64,000 nt of DNA from Deltaproteobacteria bacterium. Its GTDB lineage: Bacteria; Bdellovibrionota_C; UBA2361; SZUA-149; JADLFC01. The position numbers were made by a program, and so were the translations under genes. A model generated the notes under the pieces. It was not told where the DNA came from. It did not search any database and worked only from the letters and a program-made list of their open reading frames with translations. Positions 8,997-17,810 of this stretch are shown here, one piece after another. The stretch's first letter is position 1. Every line of letters begins with the position of its first letter. The stretch covers positions 17,642-81,641 of the forward strand of contig JADLFC010000028.1 of assembly GCA_020845775.1 (NCBI GenBank), given 5' to 3'.

Positions 8997-10523
8997 ATGG
9001 AAAGAAACGAGAGAGAAGAAAATCTTCGCAAGCTTCTAAAGGCGGCTTTGGAAAGCGGTGGCAAGCCATGGGTGTTAGTAATTGGAGCGGGTGTTACGGG
9101 GCTAGCACTTGTGCGCTTATTTACAGAAGCTGGTTTCTGCGCAGCAGTAATAGATGAAAAGAGGCTCGCGTCTTCAGTTTTGGAGGAGCTAGAGGGCTAT
9201 GGCGCGATAGTGCGTGATGGTTTCGACGAGGGGAGCGATGAGATGGTGTCGGAGCTAGGGGCTCGCGACTATGCTCTTGCAGTAAGGAGTCCGGGCATAG
9301 GTTCGAGCAACAAAATGCTCAAATTTGCGAAAAGTCTTAGTATTCCGCTTTTTTCTGAAGTGGAACTGGCAGTTGCTTATCTCGGGCGACCAGAGATTGC
9401 CATCACCGGCACGAATGGGAAAACCACGACGGTTCACCTAGTAGAGGCTATGTTTGAGGCTGCTAAACGCGAGGTGCTAATGCTTGGCAATGTTGGACGT
9501 CCCTTTGTGAATGCAGTCAATCCACAGTCTCTTAGGCTGGGCATTTGCGAAAATAGAGGTAGCTCTGTTGTTGCGGAGATTTCTAGCTATCAGCTGGAGC
9601 AGTCGCCTGAATTTGCGGCTCACATAGCGGTGTTTTTAAATTTAGACGACGATCATCTGGAGCGGCACGGTAGTGTTGAAACTTATAGGGATATTAAGTC
9701 GCGGATTTTTGCAAATCAAGATTCTGAGAGCGATTGGTCCTTAATCTGCGTTGATTGTCCATATGCTGATTATATGCGCTTCAGTTGCAAGGGGCGCTAC
9801 TTTCCGTTTGGATCTCTCAAGGACCTAAGTGGTGTGCCTAATGCGTGTTATTTAGACACTTCAGCCAATAGGGTAGTATTTAGGTTAGGTGAAATCGAAG
9901 AGGAATACTCGCTATCGAATTGGAGTCTCATAGGTTACCATAATAAATTGAATCTAATGGCTGCTGTGGCAGCCTCGCGATTAGCCGGAGTGAGTAGAGA
10001 GGCCGTCCAGAGCGTTATTGATACTTTTAAATCGCTGCCTCACAGACTTGAACCAGTGGGGGAATTTTTTGGTGCGTTGTATGTAAACGATTCTAAGGGC
10101 ACTAATGTTTCCGCTGCCTGTGTTGCGATAGATGCTATGAGGGATTATCGCCGGGGGGCGAGAATATTTTTGTTGTTGGGCGGTCAAATCAAGCGTGGCA
10201 GTTTTATGTCTCTAGCGAGAAAGATCGAAAGCGATGTTAGCGGAGTTATAATATTTGGCGCGTATCGCGATGAGATTCGGCGAGCACTGGGGGATCTCCC
10301 TTCGCAAGCCTTTGTGGAAAGTGTGCCAACTCTATCGGACGCGACGGCGCGCGCGATGGAGTTAGCGGCTAGTGGGGATGTGGTTTTGTTTAGTCCGGCC
10401 TGTGCAAGTTTCGATGCTTATCCCAATTACGTTGCTCGAGGAGAGCATTTTGGTAGTTTGGTGAGGGAATCAGCCGAACGGCGAGGCAGTGGCGAGGACG
10501 GATATGCCTCGGTTGCTTATTAA
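8997..10523 (+). CDS. murD: UDP-N-acetylmuramoylalanine--D-glutamate ligase
   Basis: N-terminal Rossmann GAGVTGLA and Mur ligase P-loop GTNGKTTT. Gene order is murF-mraY-murD. Confidence 0.9.
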   Translation: MERNEREENLRKLLKAALESGGKPWVLVIGAGVTGLALVRLFTEAGFCAAVIDEKRLASSVLEELEGYGAIVRDGFDEGSDEMVSELGARDYALAVRSPGIGSSNKMLKFAKSLSIPLFSEVELAVAYLGRPEIAITGTNGKTTTVHLVEAMFEAAKREVLMLGNVGRPFVNAVNPQSLRLGICENRGSSVVAEISSYQLEQSPEFAAHIAVFLNLDDDHLERHGSVETYRDIKSRIFANQDSESDWSLICVDCPYADYMRFSCKGRYFPFGSLKDLSGVPNACYLDTSANRVVFRLGEIEEEYSLSNWSLIGYHNKLNLMAAVAASRLAGVSREAVQSVIDTFKSLPHRLEPVGEFFGALYVNDSKGTNVSAACVAIDAMRDYRRGARIFLLLGGQIKRGSFMSLARKIESDVSGVIIFGAYRDEIRRALGDLPSQAFVESVPTLSDATARAMELAASGDVVLFSPACASFDAYPNYVARGEHFGSLVRESAERRGSGEDGYASVAY

Positions 10524-10544
10524 CTTGTTTAAAAGGGCTTTTTT

Positions 10545-11738
10545 GTGAGTTTTGGCGGGGTTCTTAGTCGTCGGAGCGCGGTGTCGTTTGGTGTGCGTAG
10601 CGATGGTTATGCTGTAGGTCGAGTGGACTCTTGGATTCTCATAACTACCTATCTTCTGTTGGGCGTAGGGGTGTTGATGGTGTTTTCGACCACGGCCGTT
10701 AGTTCGGCAGAATTGTATGGCGAGTCGACTGTTTATTTGAGAAAGCATTTACTGCACCTGATAGTAGGACTCGGTGCTCTCTACACAGCCACTAAAATTC
10801 CATCGGATCTGCTTGGTAAGGTTTCTGGATATCTTCTCATCGGGTTAATTTTTTTGCTCGTGCTGGTGCTTTTTCCGGCAATTGGCAGAAGTGCGGGCGG
10901 TGCGCGTAGATGGCTAGAGCTTGGTCCGCTAAGTGTGCAGCCTGGCGAATTAGCAAAGCTTGGAGTAGTGCTATATTTCTCGTCTTACGTAGAGCGGCGG
11001 AAGTTTCAACTTAGCAGTTTTTGCCGCGGCGTCGTTATGCCGCTAGTCGTAGCGAGCGTGCTGGTTTTTTTGTTGTTGTTAGAGCCTGATTTTGGCACTG
11101 CCGCCGTTATTATGGCAATAGTAGTCTGTCAGCTATTAGTTGCTGGCGTTAGGATAGCTCACTTGCTTGGCTTGGGCCTCTTTGCTGCTGCTGCGATCGC
11201 TACGCTAATATTTGTTTCTCCCTACCGCATGCGTCGTTTCTCGACCTTTATCGATCCCTTTAGCGATGCAACCAATGCTGGCTATCAGTTGATTCAGTCC
11301 CTAATAGCTGTTGGTTCCGGTGGTCTCTACGGTGCAGGTTTGGGAGCCGGAAAACAAAAGCTATTCTACTTGCCAGCGGCACATACCGATTTTATTTTTG
11401 CCGTTATAGCTGAAGAGTTAGGGCTTATTGGGGCTTTGGCGGTAGTTTTGCTATTTATGGTGTTTGCATATAGAGGCTATATACTGTCAAAGCGTCTTTC
11501 CTTTTCTCCGTACTTATCTACTTTGGCTGTGGGATTAACTCTTCTAGTGGTCATGCCCGCCATACTAAACATTGCCGTCGTGTTGGGATTGCTCCCAACC
11601 AAGGGCATGGTTTTGCCGCTTGTGGGATACGGCGGGAGCGCTATGGTAATGTACCTATTTGCTATAGGTATGCTCCTTCGCCTTTCGAAACATTCGGAGC
11701 TTAATATCGATGTTCGGAGCAGCAGGAGTGAGTTTTAA
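10545..11738 (+). CDS. ftsW: Peptidoglycan glycosyltransferase FtsW (SEDS family)
   Basis: Protein with about 10 TM helices and SEDS motifs (..PGELAKLG.., ..DFGTA.., ..HTDFIFAVIAEELG..). Position after murD fits FtsW. Confidence 0.85.
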   Translation: MSFGGVLSRRSAVSFGVRSDGYAVGRVDSWILITTYLLLGVGVLMVFSTTAVSSAELYGESTVYLRKHLLHLIVGLGALYTATKIPSDLLGKVSGYLLIGLIFLLVLVLFPAIGRSAGGARRWLELGPLSVQPGELAKLGVVLYFSSYVERRKFQLSSFCRGVVMPLVVASVLVFLLLLEPDFGTAAVIMAIVVCQLLVAGVRIAHLLGLGLFAAAAIATLIFVSPYRMRRFSTFIDPFSDATNAGYQLIQSLIAVGSGGLYGAGLGAGKQKLFYLPAAHTDFIFAVIAEELGLIGALAVVLLFMVFAYRGYILSKRLSFSPYLSTLAVGLTLLVVMPAILNIAVVLGLLPTKGMVLPLVGYGGSAMVMYLFAIGMLLRLSKHSELNIDVRSSRSEF

Positions 11739-11970
11739 GGCTAGAAAAAAAATACATTGGCCTTGTTTGGAGCATTGCCCGGAGGAGTAACTCGTTGATA
11801 TTATAGAATATCTGTGCATTAACTCACTGTCGGTTGAGCGAGTTTTTTATGACACAGTTCGCAGGCAATGTTTCATAACCAAGTTATGTCAAGTTTGTGG
11901 TGTTGAAGTAGGTAATACTCCTTTAACGTTTAACAGGCGAAAATGGGCTAATGGTTTCTAACCACGGTTT

Positions 11971-12015
11971 GTAAGACTACTGTCTGTAGGACTGCCGTCT
12001 GTAAGACTAGCGTCT
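11971..12015. repeat. Three in-phase tandem 15-bp direct repeats (consensus gtaRgactRNYgtct)
   Basis: Read directly: gtaagactactgtct / gtaggactgccgtct / gtaagactagcgtct. They lie about 75 bp upstream of the start of the secreted-protein gene at 12090. Confidence 0.6.
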
Positions 12016-12089
12016 GACGGGGTGTAGAGGCGAGAAGGAGGAAGGCTAAATAACAGTTTGATTGATAGAATATATTGATAAGGAGCGGT

Positions 12090-12620
12090 ATGAAAAGAAT
12101 TCTTTGTTCGGTAGGGATAGTTTGTGCTTTGAGCTCACCAGCAATTGCCGCCGATAGTATTACGGCGTGTGGTGAGGGAGTTGGAGGTCTTCCATCGGTG
12201 TGGGACACGAATGGCACGTCGACATTTTACAATGATGGCAATGTTGGTATTGGCACAGATTCTCCCAGTGAGAAGTTGCATGTAAAGGGCACTATTAAAG
12301 CTGACAATATTAAAATTGGCGATCAGGCCTTAGACGATCGCTATCAGAGCAAGAATCCCTTGATTTGGTTTAGCCCGGAATATACGCGAACGCAAGACCA
12401 GGCAGCTGGAACTTTTCGAAACGTGCTCGGCACTAAGTCAACTTATTCCTTTTGCGCTTTGTCGCGAAGTGTCCACGGCGGAATTGACAGTGGCGATCAT
12501 CAGGGAAATTACACTGGTGGCTGTACGATCGAAATAGATGGCACAGAGTGGGTTCTTAAGATGACGAAAAGTGGAAAGTATGCTTACGTCTCCTGCCAAG
12601 CCATTTGCATGAAAAAATAA
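12090..12620 (+). CDS. Secreted Cys-containing protein with a tail-fibre-like NDGNVGIGT..PSEKLHVKG motif
   Basis: Start MKRILCSVGIVCALSSPAIA/AD (signal peptide) with AAGGAG 4 nt upstream. The 12075 start in the track is less likely. Motif FYNDGNVGIGTDSPSEKLHVKGTIKADN recalls the repeat of phage tail-fibre proteins. The C-terminal region has 5 Cys. Confidence 0.5.
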   Translation: MKRILCSVGIVCALSSPAIAADSITACGEGVGGLPSVWDTNGTSTFYNDGNVGIGTDSPSEKLHVKGTIKADNIKIGDQALDDRYQSKNPLIWFSPEYTRTQDQAAGTFRNVLGTKSTYSFCALSRSVHGGIDSGDHQGNYTGGCTIEIDGTEWVLKMTKSGKYAYVSCQAICMKK

Positions 12621-12650
12621 CTCGATCGCATCTTGCGATTGTTATGATTT

Positions 12651-12686
12651 ATGGGCGCGTTAAAAAACGCGCCCATAATTTTTTTT
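12651..12686 (+). terminator. Rho-independent terminator (also serves the convergent gene pair)
   Basis: atgggcgcgtt-aaaa-aacgcgcccat is a perfect 11-bp GC-rich stem. It is followed by aattttttttac, directly after the stop of the 12090..12620 gene. Confidence 0.7.
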
Positions 12687-12736
12687 ACTATTACTTAGGT
12701 AGGTAACAGTAAAAAAGGCTTCACCTCACTTGCCGA

Positions 12737-13501
12737 TCACTTAACTGTACCTGCATCCTGCGACTGTTTAGTAAAAGTGTGGATCTCGTGAATTACTTCT
12801 GGAAATAATGGTTCATCCAGGGGCGCAATGATTCGGTAGACGCAGTGTTCTGAGTCATCAATAAAGTTAAAATCGATTTGTCCGATGCCAATTGAATCTC
12901 CGCTAGTGCGAGTGGTTCCCTTGCCTAACGTGATCCAACTCGCATCTTCGCTACAGCTGCGAACTTGAATAGCGAATCCTAGTCCGGGGAGTGGGACGCT
13001 GTTTTGGCTAAGCCAAATTTTCGCTGTGCACTCAACGCCCTGCGGTGCAGCATTAGTCTGGCGAATAACACGGCGATTCTCGAAAAAGAAGTCGCAGGTA
13101 CCGACGATTTTCGCGCGCACTTCAACTCCTTCGACCACAATTAAGTTAGAGTTCTCATTCACCTCGAGTTCTACAGATATGGTCGCTGGCTCTGCTGGAA
13201 CATCCTCAACCACCACAGTTTCAGAAATGCTACCTTGTTCTGTTTCGCCCTCTACTAGTAGCTCTACATCCCCCGATATACTGCTAGTCTCAATTGAAAA
13301 CTGTCCGCTCTCATCCGTAGTGGCGGTTTCGCCAGTCTCGGCAATGGTCACACTAATATTAGGCAGCGGCCCGTTTTTTGCTGAGGTGATTGTTCCCTCG
13401 AATGCCGCACCTCCGGTCCCCACTGTGCCGCCACCGGCGCAGCCGCTAAGCAAAAAAAGGCTTATCGCCAAGAATATGCAAGAAAACTTATAAAGTCTCA
13501 C
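12737..13501 (-). CDS. Lipoprotein with carboxypeptidase-regulatory-like (CarbopepD_reg) beta-sandwich domain
   Basis: Signal and lipobox MRLYKFSCIFLAISLFLLSG|C. GTITSAKNGPLPNISVTIAETGETATTDESGQFSI is typical of the CarbopepD_reg fold. Confidence 0.55.
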   Translation of the reverse strand: MRLYKFSCIFLAISLFLLSGCAGGGTVGTGGAAFEGTITSAKNGPLPNISVTIAETGETATTDESGQFSIETSSISGDVELLVEGETEQGSISETVVVEDVPAEPATISVELEVNENSNLIVVEGVEVRAKIVGTCDFFFENRRVIRQTNAAPQGVECTAKIWLSQNSVPLPGLGFAIQVRSCSEDASWITLGKGTTRTSGDSIGIGQIDFNFIDDSEHCVYRIIAPLDEPLFPEVIHEIHTFTKQSQDAGTVK

Positions 13502-13528
13502 TTCCGTTCTCCTTCAAGAAATATCAAG

Positions 13529-14377
13529 CTAATCACTATTTTTAGCGGCAATCTGATTTGCCTCCTGTATATCGGCGGGAATTTCGACTCTGCTAAATGT
13601 TCCCAACGTCACTCGCCCGCCGCCCTTTTTGGAATGCAAGAGAGGATTTAAATCCCTGTCGAATTGCGAGAGGTAAGCTCTAGCCTCAGAGTGAAGTTCC
13701 ATTCCCTTTTGTATAAACCAGTCCTTAATTTCCTGAAGCTTGTCTAGGCAAATATTGTCATATCGAGTTTTTAGATGCAGATTGGGAGTCGTGGGCTGGG
13801 CGAACAAATTTTCATCTACTGCCGACACGAGATCTCCGATGTCGTCCGCCAAAAGCATTAAGCCATTCTTAGCGTCGCTGCTAAGAGAATAAGCATTGCG
13901 TAGCAGCTCGACAGTATTGCCGTCTTTGCGCGCGATGCCCAGTCTCTCCAATTCAAAGAGCACGCTGTAGTGACTTAAGTCTTGGCTAACCGAGGAAACC
14001 AATTTTGCAAACTCGCTCTCGATACCTTCAAATACTAGTTTTCGAGGCTTGTTCCCCCGCGAGGAAAAATCCGGCTGCCTCTGCCAAGCGCCAATTACCT
14101 TGGTCAGGAGGTTGTACTCGTCTTTGATGTCAAAGGAACTCTGTATTAGTCGCGATATGTCTCGTCGCTGTAAACCAGTGATTATTGAAAGACGGCTCAA
14201 GCTAACATCCTTCTTATTGGCCTCAAGCACGCTATCACTTGCCGCCGACACAAAAGCCTTCTTTGCGGCCTCGCTAAACTCCTGAAATTTAAAGCCTTTT
14301 TGAATGCAAAAAAAGCATACCGGCTTTAGTAGCCTGACTAGAAAATCGAATACGACTTGGCGAAACTCAGTTTGCAT
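13529..14377 (-). CDS. Hypothetical protein with predicted HTH segment (possibly DUF4423/TIGR02147-like)
   Basis: ..VSLSRLSIITGLQRRDISRLIQ.. looks like an HTH. No other domain recognised. Confidence 0.4.
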   Translation of the reverse strand: MQTEFRQVVFDFLVRLLKPVCFFCIQKGFKFQEFSEAAKKAFVSAASDSVLEANKKDVSLSRLSIITGLQRRDISRLIQSSFDIKDEYNLLTKVIGAWQRQPDFSSRGNKPRKLVFEGIESEFAKLVSSVSQDLSHYSVLFELERLGIARKDGNTVELLRNAYSLSSDAKNGLMLLADDIGDLVSAVDENLFAQPTTPNLHLKTRYDNICLDKLQEIKDWFIQKGMELHSEARAYLSQFDRDLNPLLHSKKGGGRVTLGTFSRVEIPADIQEANQIAAKNSD

Positions 14378-14603
14378 TTGAAAAATGTGTATTAACCCCG
14401 TTAGCTAGTGTCGTACTCTACTCCAATAATATCGCCCAAGCAAGAGAAATGAACCGTCAGGGATCATTTTTGAGCCCTGCCAATAGAGGCCATCTATCTG
14501 GAATTATTGCTTGTTCTGACTTCATGGCAAGTCTCTATGGCAAGTCCGCATAACATCTTAGCAGCTAAGGTTGATGAGGCATTTAGCATGCCGCGATCGA
14601 TTT

Positions 14604-14632
14604 ACTGGGGAGTTTCCCCAGTGTGTAATATG
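14604..14632 (+). promoter_or_regulatory. Perfect 7-bp-stem palindrome (actgggg-agttt-ccccagt) abutting a TAATAT -10-like hexamer, upstream of the TadG-like gene
   Basis: Read directly. Candidate operator overlapping a promoter about 120 bp upstream of the GTG start at 14748. An 11-bp direct repeat atggcaagtc(t/c) also occurs twice at 14525-14560. Confidence 0.3.
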
Positions 14633-14747
14633 CTCTGCCTTTGAGATGGATTTTTTTTCGAATTTGGCTAAAATGTCGAATCTCTAGTCTTTGTCGCAAG
14701 TGATGTTTGGGCTTGCGGAGTGCTATTAGTGTTTAGAGGTAGTTTTT

Positions 14748-16310
14748 GTGGCTAGTTGTTGTAGAGCCAATTGTCGTCAGCTCGATAGTAATATATCTGC
14801 GTGCCGTTTCGCGGCGAGGAGGCAAGCAGCAGAGAGCGGGAACGTTACTTTTTTTCTGGCAGTCGTTTTGCCAGTCCTATTGACGCTTACAGTTTTGTTG
14901 ATAGATGTTAGCGGGTATTATTCACATCGAAGTTTAAGCCAGGACTTAATAGATAGCATTGTTACTCAGGCAAGCAAGGCTTTGCCAGATAGAGACGCTG
15001 CACGTGCACTCATTCATAGTGAGCTTGCTCTTCATCCAGGTCTGTCGATTTCAAGTGGGGCAGATGGCGAGCGGCTAAGAATCGATTCTTCTGGCATATC
15101 GCTAAGTGTTAGCGGAAGCTATACGGCGAGTTTTGCCGGGTTTCTACCCAGAGTAAATGGCGAGCCGCTTAAATTTCGCTACTCGCATGCGTCATCTGCG
15201 CGCGTAGTGCCAAACGATTACGTGTTCGTAATTGCAGATGGTAGCTCGTTAAGACCGCCGTCTCACAGTGCTTGGGGAGATAGCGGTCAGTGGGCGGCCT
15301 CAAAATATTGGAACTTTGTCTATAATCCAAACCCCGATAATCTTGCTTCGCTTACAGAGCCGTTATTCTGGGCGGCTTGGGACGGTGAATGGGAAAGTGA
15401 TTCTTTTCGCCGATGGGCTACACAACACTGTTTTAATCCGGCGCTAAGTGCTGTTAAGTTGGCCGCAATAAGTCTGATAGATGTTTTCGGGGCTTCTGAG
15501 CAGTCTCGAATTGGTCTGGTTCATACTCCGGGCAATGACAATGCACTAGGATATGCCGTCACTAGATCTTTAGCGTTTCCTTCGCAAGACGGAACCAAGA
15601 GGCACGCTGCTTGGGCGAACTACTTTGAAAAGGAATCATTTACATCTGACGAGTTGTGTAGCTTTATTGCTAGCCCCGCGATTAGCGATGAAATGCGTTA
15701 TTCCCTTGAAGATGTAAGTCACGGGTATGGTTTAGCTAGCGGAGCCACAATGAGGTGTGAGTTGCCGGGAACAGGGGACGTTTGGGGCAAGGTGCACTTT
15801 CCGTTAGGTAAACTCAGCGCAGAGTGTTTAGACTCAGTTAGCCTTCGCCAAGCAGTTTACTGGCGGGCGTCAAGACAGTATTCCCATATGGTAGACGGTG
15901 CAAATATTCTACTGGCCATAGACCAGGCGTATCAACAGTTACTTCTCGCGAACTCGGTTCTTTCAGATATTGATGAGGCAAGAGCAAGGCGCGGCAATTT
16001 GTCCGCCATTAGTGGCAAGAATATTATTGCCATAACTGATTGGCTCTTCGAAGCGGGGTCTCAAAAGGTCATGTCTTTGTTGGATAATCTTAAGTCTACC
16101 AATGTTAACCTGATTTTCGTTACATTGATTCATCCTGGGCTAGCGGAAGATAAGCGAAGTGAATTGAGCAGGCGGTACGCACTGTTGCAGGCGTACGCGG
16201 AGGATTTTGCAAATGTTAACCTCTATCTTGCCAATTCCCCTGAAGAGCTTACAAGAAAAGTCATACCTTTTATTTTAGCAACAAATAGGCAGGTTGTTAT
16301 TAGAAAGTGA
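14748..16310 (+). CDS. TadE/TadG-like N-terminal domain protein with putative vWA domain (pseudopilin-like)
   Basis: N-terminus ..ARRQAAESGNVTFFLAVVLPVLLTLTVLLIDVSGYY matches the TadE/G-like (Tad_N) signature. Downstream ..DYVFVIADGSSL.. is a degenerate MIDAS-like motif, as found in TadG-type vWA proteins. GTG start. Confidence 0.45.
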   Translation: MASCCRANCRQLDSNISACRFAARRQAAESGNVTFFLAVVLPVLLTLTVLLIDVSGYYSHRSLSQDLIDSIVTQASKALPDRDAARALIHSELALHPGLSISSGADGERLRIDSSGISLSVSGSYTASFAGFLPRVNGEPLKFRYSHASSARVVPNDYVFVIADGSSLRPPSHSAWGDSGQWAASKYWNFVYNPNPDNLASLTEPLFWAAWDGEWESDSFRRWATQHCFNPALSAVKLAAISLIDVFGASEQSRIGLVHTPGNDNALGYAVTRSLAFPSQDGTKRHAAWANYFEKESFTSDELCSFIASPAISDEMRYSLEDVSHGYGLASGATMRCELPGTGDVWGKVHFPLGKLSAECLDSVSLRQAVYWRASRQYSHMVDGANILLAIDQAYQQLLLANSVLSDIDEARARRGNLSAISGKNIIAITDWLFEAGSQKVMSLLDNLKSTNVNLIFVTLIHPGLAEDKRSELSRRYALLQAYAEDFANVNLYLANSPEELTRKVIPFILATNRQVVIRK

Positions 16311-17029
16311 GTTTTAAGCGCAAGAGAAATATATTGTTTTGTCAGTGGGGCAACGGCTTGCTAGAAACGGTTCTTTTTACGCCGCTTGCACTGTTTTTTT
16401 TACTCGTCGTAACGGATGCCGGCTTGTATCTCGTTAGGAAGTCGGTTTTTACAAACGCTGTTAGAGCTGGATTGGCATCAAGGGCTCATCACGCAAATAG
16501 CTCGCCACTTTATTTGGATTCAAATTTTGCATTGAGAGTCGACGAGGGAGTTTTAGAGGAAATTCTCGATGGCGTAGTTAAGGAAACATCGGATGCAGTG
16601 ACAAAGGGAATGAGTTCGGCGAGCTTTGACGACTATAAACTCAGGGCAGTCGGTGTGGTGTTCGAAGTGGATGAGCATAGCGGAAAACTGCTTAGATACT
16701 CATTTAACGGATCTGCAGAAAGTCATGGAAACTTTAGTCTAAAAACTCGCGCGCCTCGCTATCCGTATAAGACACAGGAGACGTTTCTTCGCGAACAGCT
16801 AGACCACGCTAACTCGCTTAGTCCCAGTAGTTACTCAGTTCCAACGGGGCCTATCGTGGATCCGCAGACTGGTTACGCTTCTAATAGATACTACGGCATT
16901 TCGCTAGGAATTTACGTTGAGCTTACTGCGCTTACCGGTGGATACGCACCCTCAGCAGTGAAAAACTCGCTTGGCGAGTATTTTGCAATTCAACAGCAAG
17001 AACTTGAACTTTTGCACATGCGCCGATAG
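16307..17029 (+). CDS. TadE-like pseudopilin-family protein
   Basis: N-terminus ..QWGNGLLETVLFTPLALFFLLVVTDAGLYL.. carries the TadE-like motif (conserved Glu, Pro, hydrophobic helix). Overlaps the stop of the upstream TadG-like gene by 4 nt. Confidence 0.45.
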   Translation: MSFKRKRNILFCQWGNGLLETVLFTPLALFFLLVVTDAGLYLVRKSVFTNAVRAGLASRAHHANSSPLYLDSNFALRVDEGVLEEILDGVVKETSDAVTKGMSSASFDDYKLRAVGVVFEVDEHSGKLLRYSFNGSAESHGNFSLKTRAPRYPYKTQETFLREQLDHANSLSPSSYSVPTGPIVDPQTGYASNRYYGISLGIYVELTALTGGYAPSAVKNSLGEYFAIQQQELELLHMRR

Positions 17030-17301
17030 TCGCCCCTTAGGCAATAGAGTGTTTTTGTAATATTAGCAGCAAAAGGGTAGTTTTCTTTCTATGGATCGAC
17101 TGTGAATGAGTGAAGAGTCGCCAATTTGTAGGGGGTCTTGTAGCATAAAATGCTTTATTTTCGTGACTTTCTCTTGACGTATTGAGATTTAGGGGTATTC
17201 TTGGCGCTTTGGAAACGGTATAGAATAAAATGCCACGTGGGCTTGATGGCTCATGGGTGCGTAGATTTGTTTTTATTTTAGAAATTGGTGGGTTAGGTTA
17301 A

Positions 17302-17754
17302 ATGAGTACGTATTTTGAAAGTCGCGAACAGGCAGAAGCTAGTCGCAGTTGGAGAATTGTTGATGCAAAGGATCAAGTGGTGGGTCGCTTGGCATCGCAA
17401 ATCGCAAGTGTGCTTCGCGGCAAAGATAAGCCAACTTTTGCGCCTCATAATGACTGCGGAGATTTTGTGGTCGTAATCAATGCAAAAGATATTAAGTTTA
17501 CGGGCAATAAATTGAAAAGCAAGGTATATCGACATCACACTGGATTTGCTGGCGGTGTAAAGACTATACCAACAGCTAAACTGTTTGCTGAGAAGCCAGA
17601 GCAAATAATTATGAAGGCCGTCGGTAGAATGCTTCCCAAAACACCTTTAGGAAAAAAACAGCTTCAGAAATTAAAAGTATATTCGGGCTCTGAACATCCG
17701 CACCAGGCACAACAGCCTAAGCCGTTTCTTTCAAAAGAATGCTGCGGTAGCTGA
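17302..17754 (+). CDS. rplM: 50S ribosomal protein L13
   Basis: ..SWRIVDAKDQVVGRLASQIASVLRGKDKPTFAPHNDCGDFVVVINA..GFAGG.. is classic L13. Confidence 0.95.
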   Translation: MSTYFESREQAEASRSWRIVDAKDQVVGRLASQIASVLRGKDKPTFAPHNDCGDFVVVINAKDIKFTGNKLKSKVYRHHTGFAGGVKTIPTAKLFAEKPEQIIMKAVGRMLPKTPLGKKQLQKLKVYSGSEHPHQAQQPKPFLSKECCGS

Positions 17755-17810
17755 AGTTAGTATGTGTATTTAGTGCAATAAGAAAGTAAAAGTTAACCGA
17801 GAGGATTTGA

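Noticed and set aside
11948-12217. Minus-strand 89-aa ORF with QTVVL/QTAVL pentapeptide repeats
   Set aside because: The repeats are just the translation of the 15-bp tandem DNA repeats. The ORF spans an intergenic region and overlaps the start of the 12090 gene.
17030-17301. Sigma-70 promoter upstream of rplM
   Set aside because: Several TTGACG/TAGAAT-like hexamers are present, but none pairs with a 16-18 bp spacer, so no confident call.
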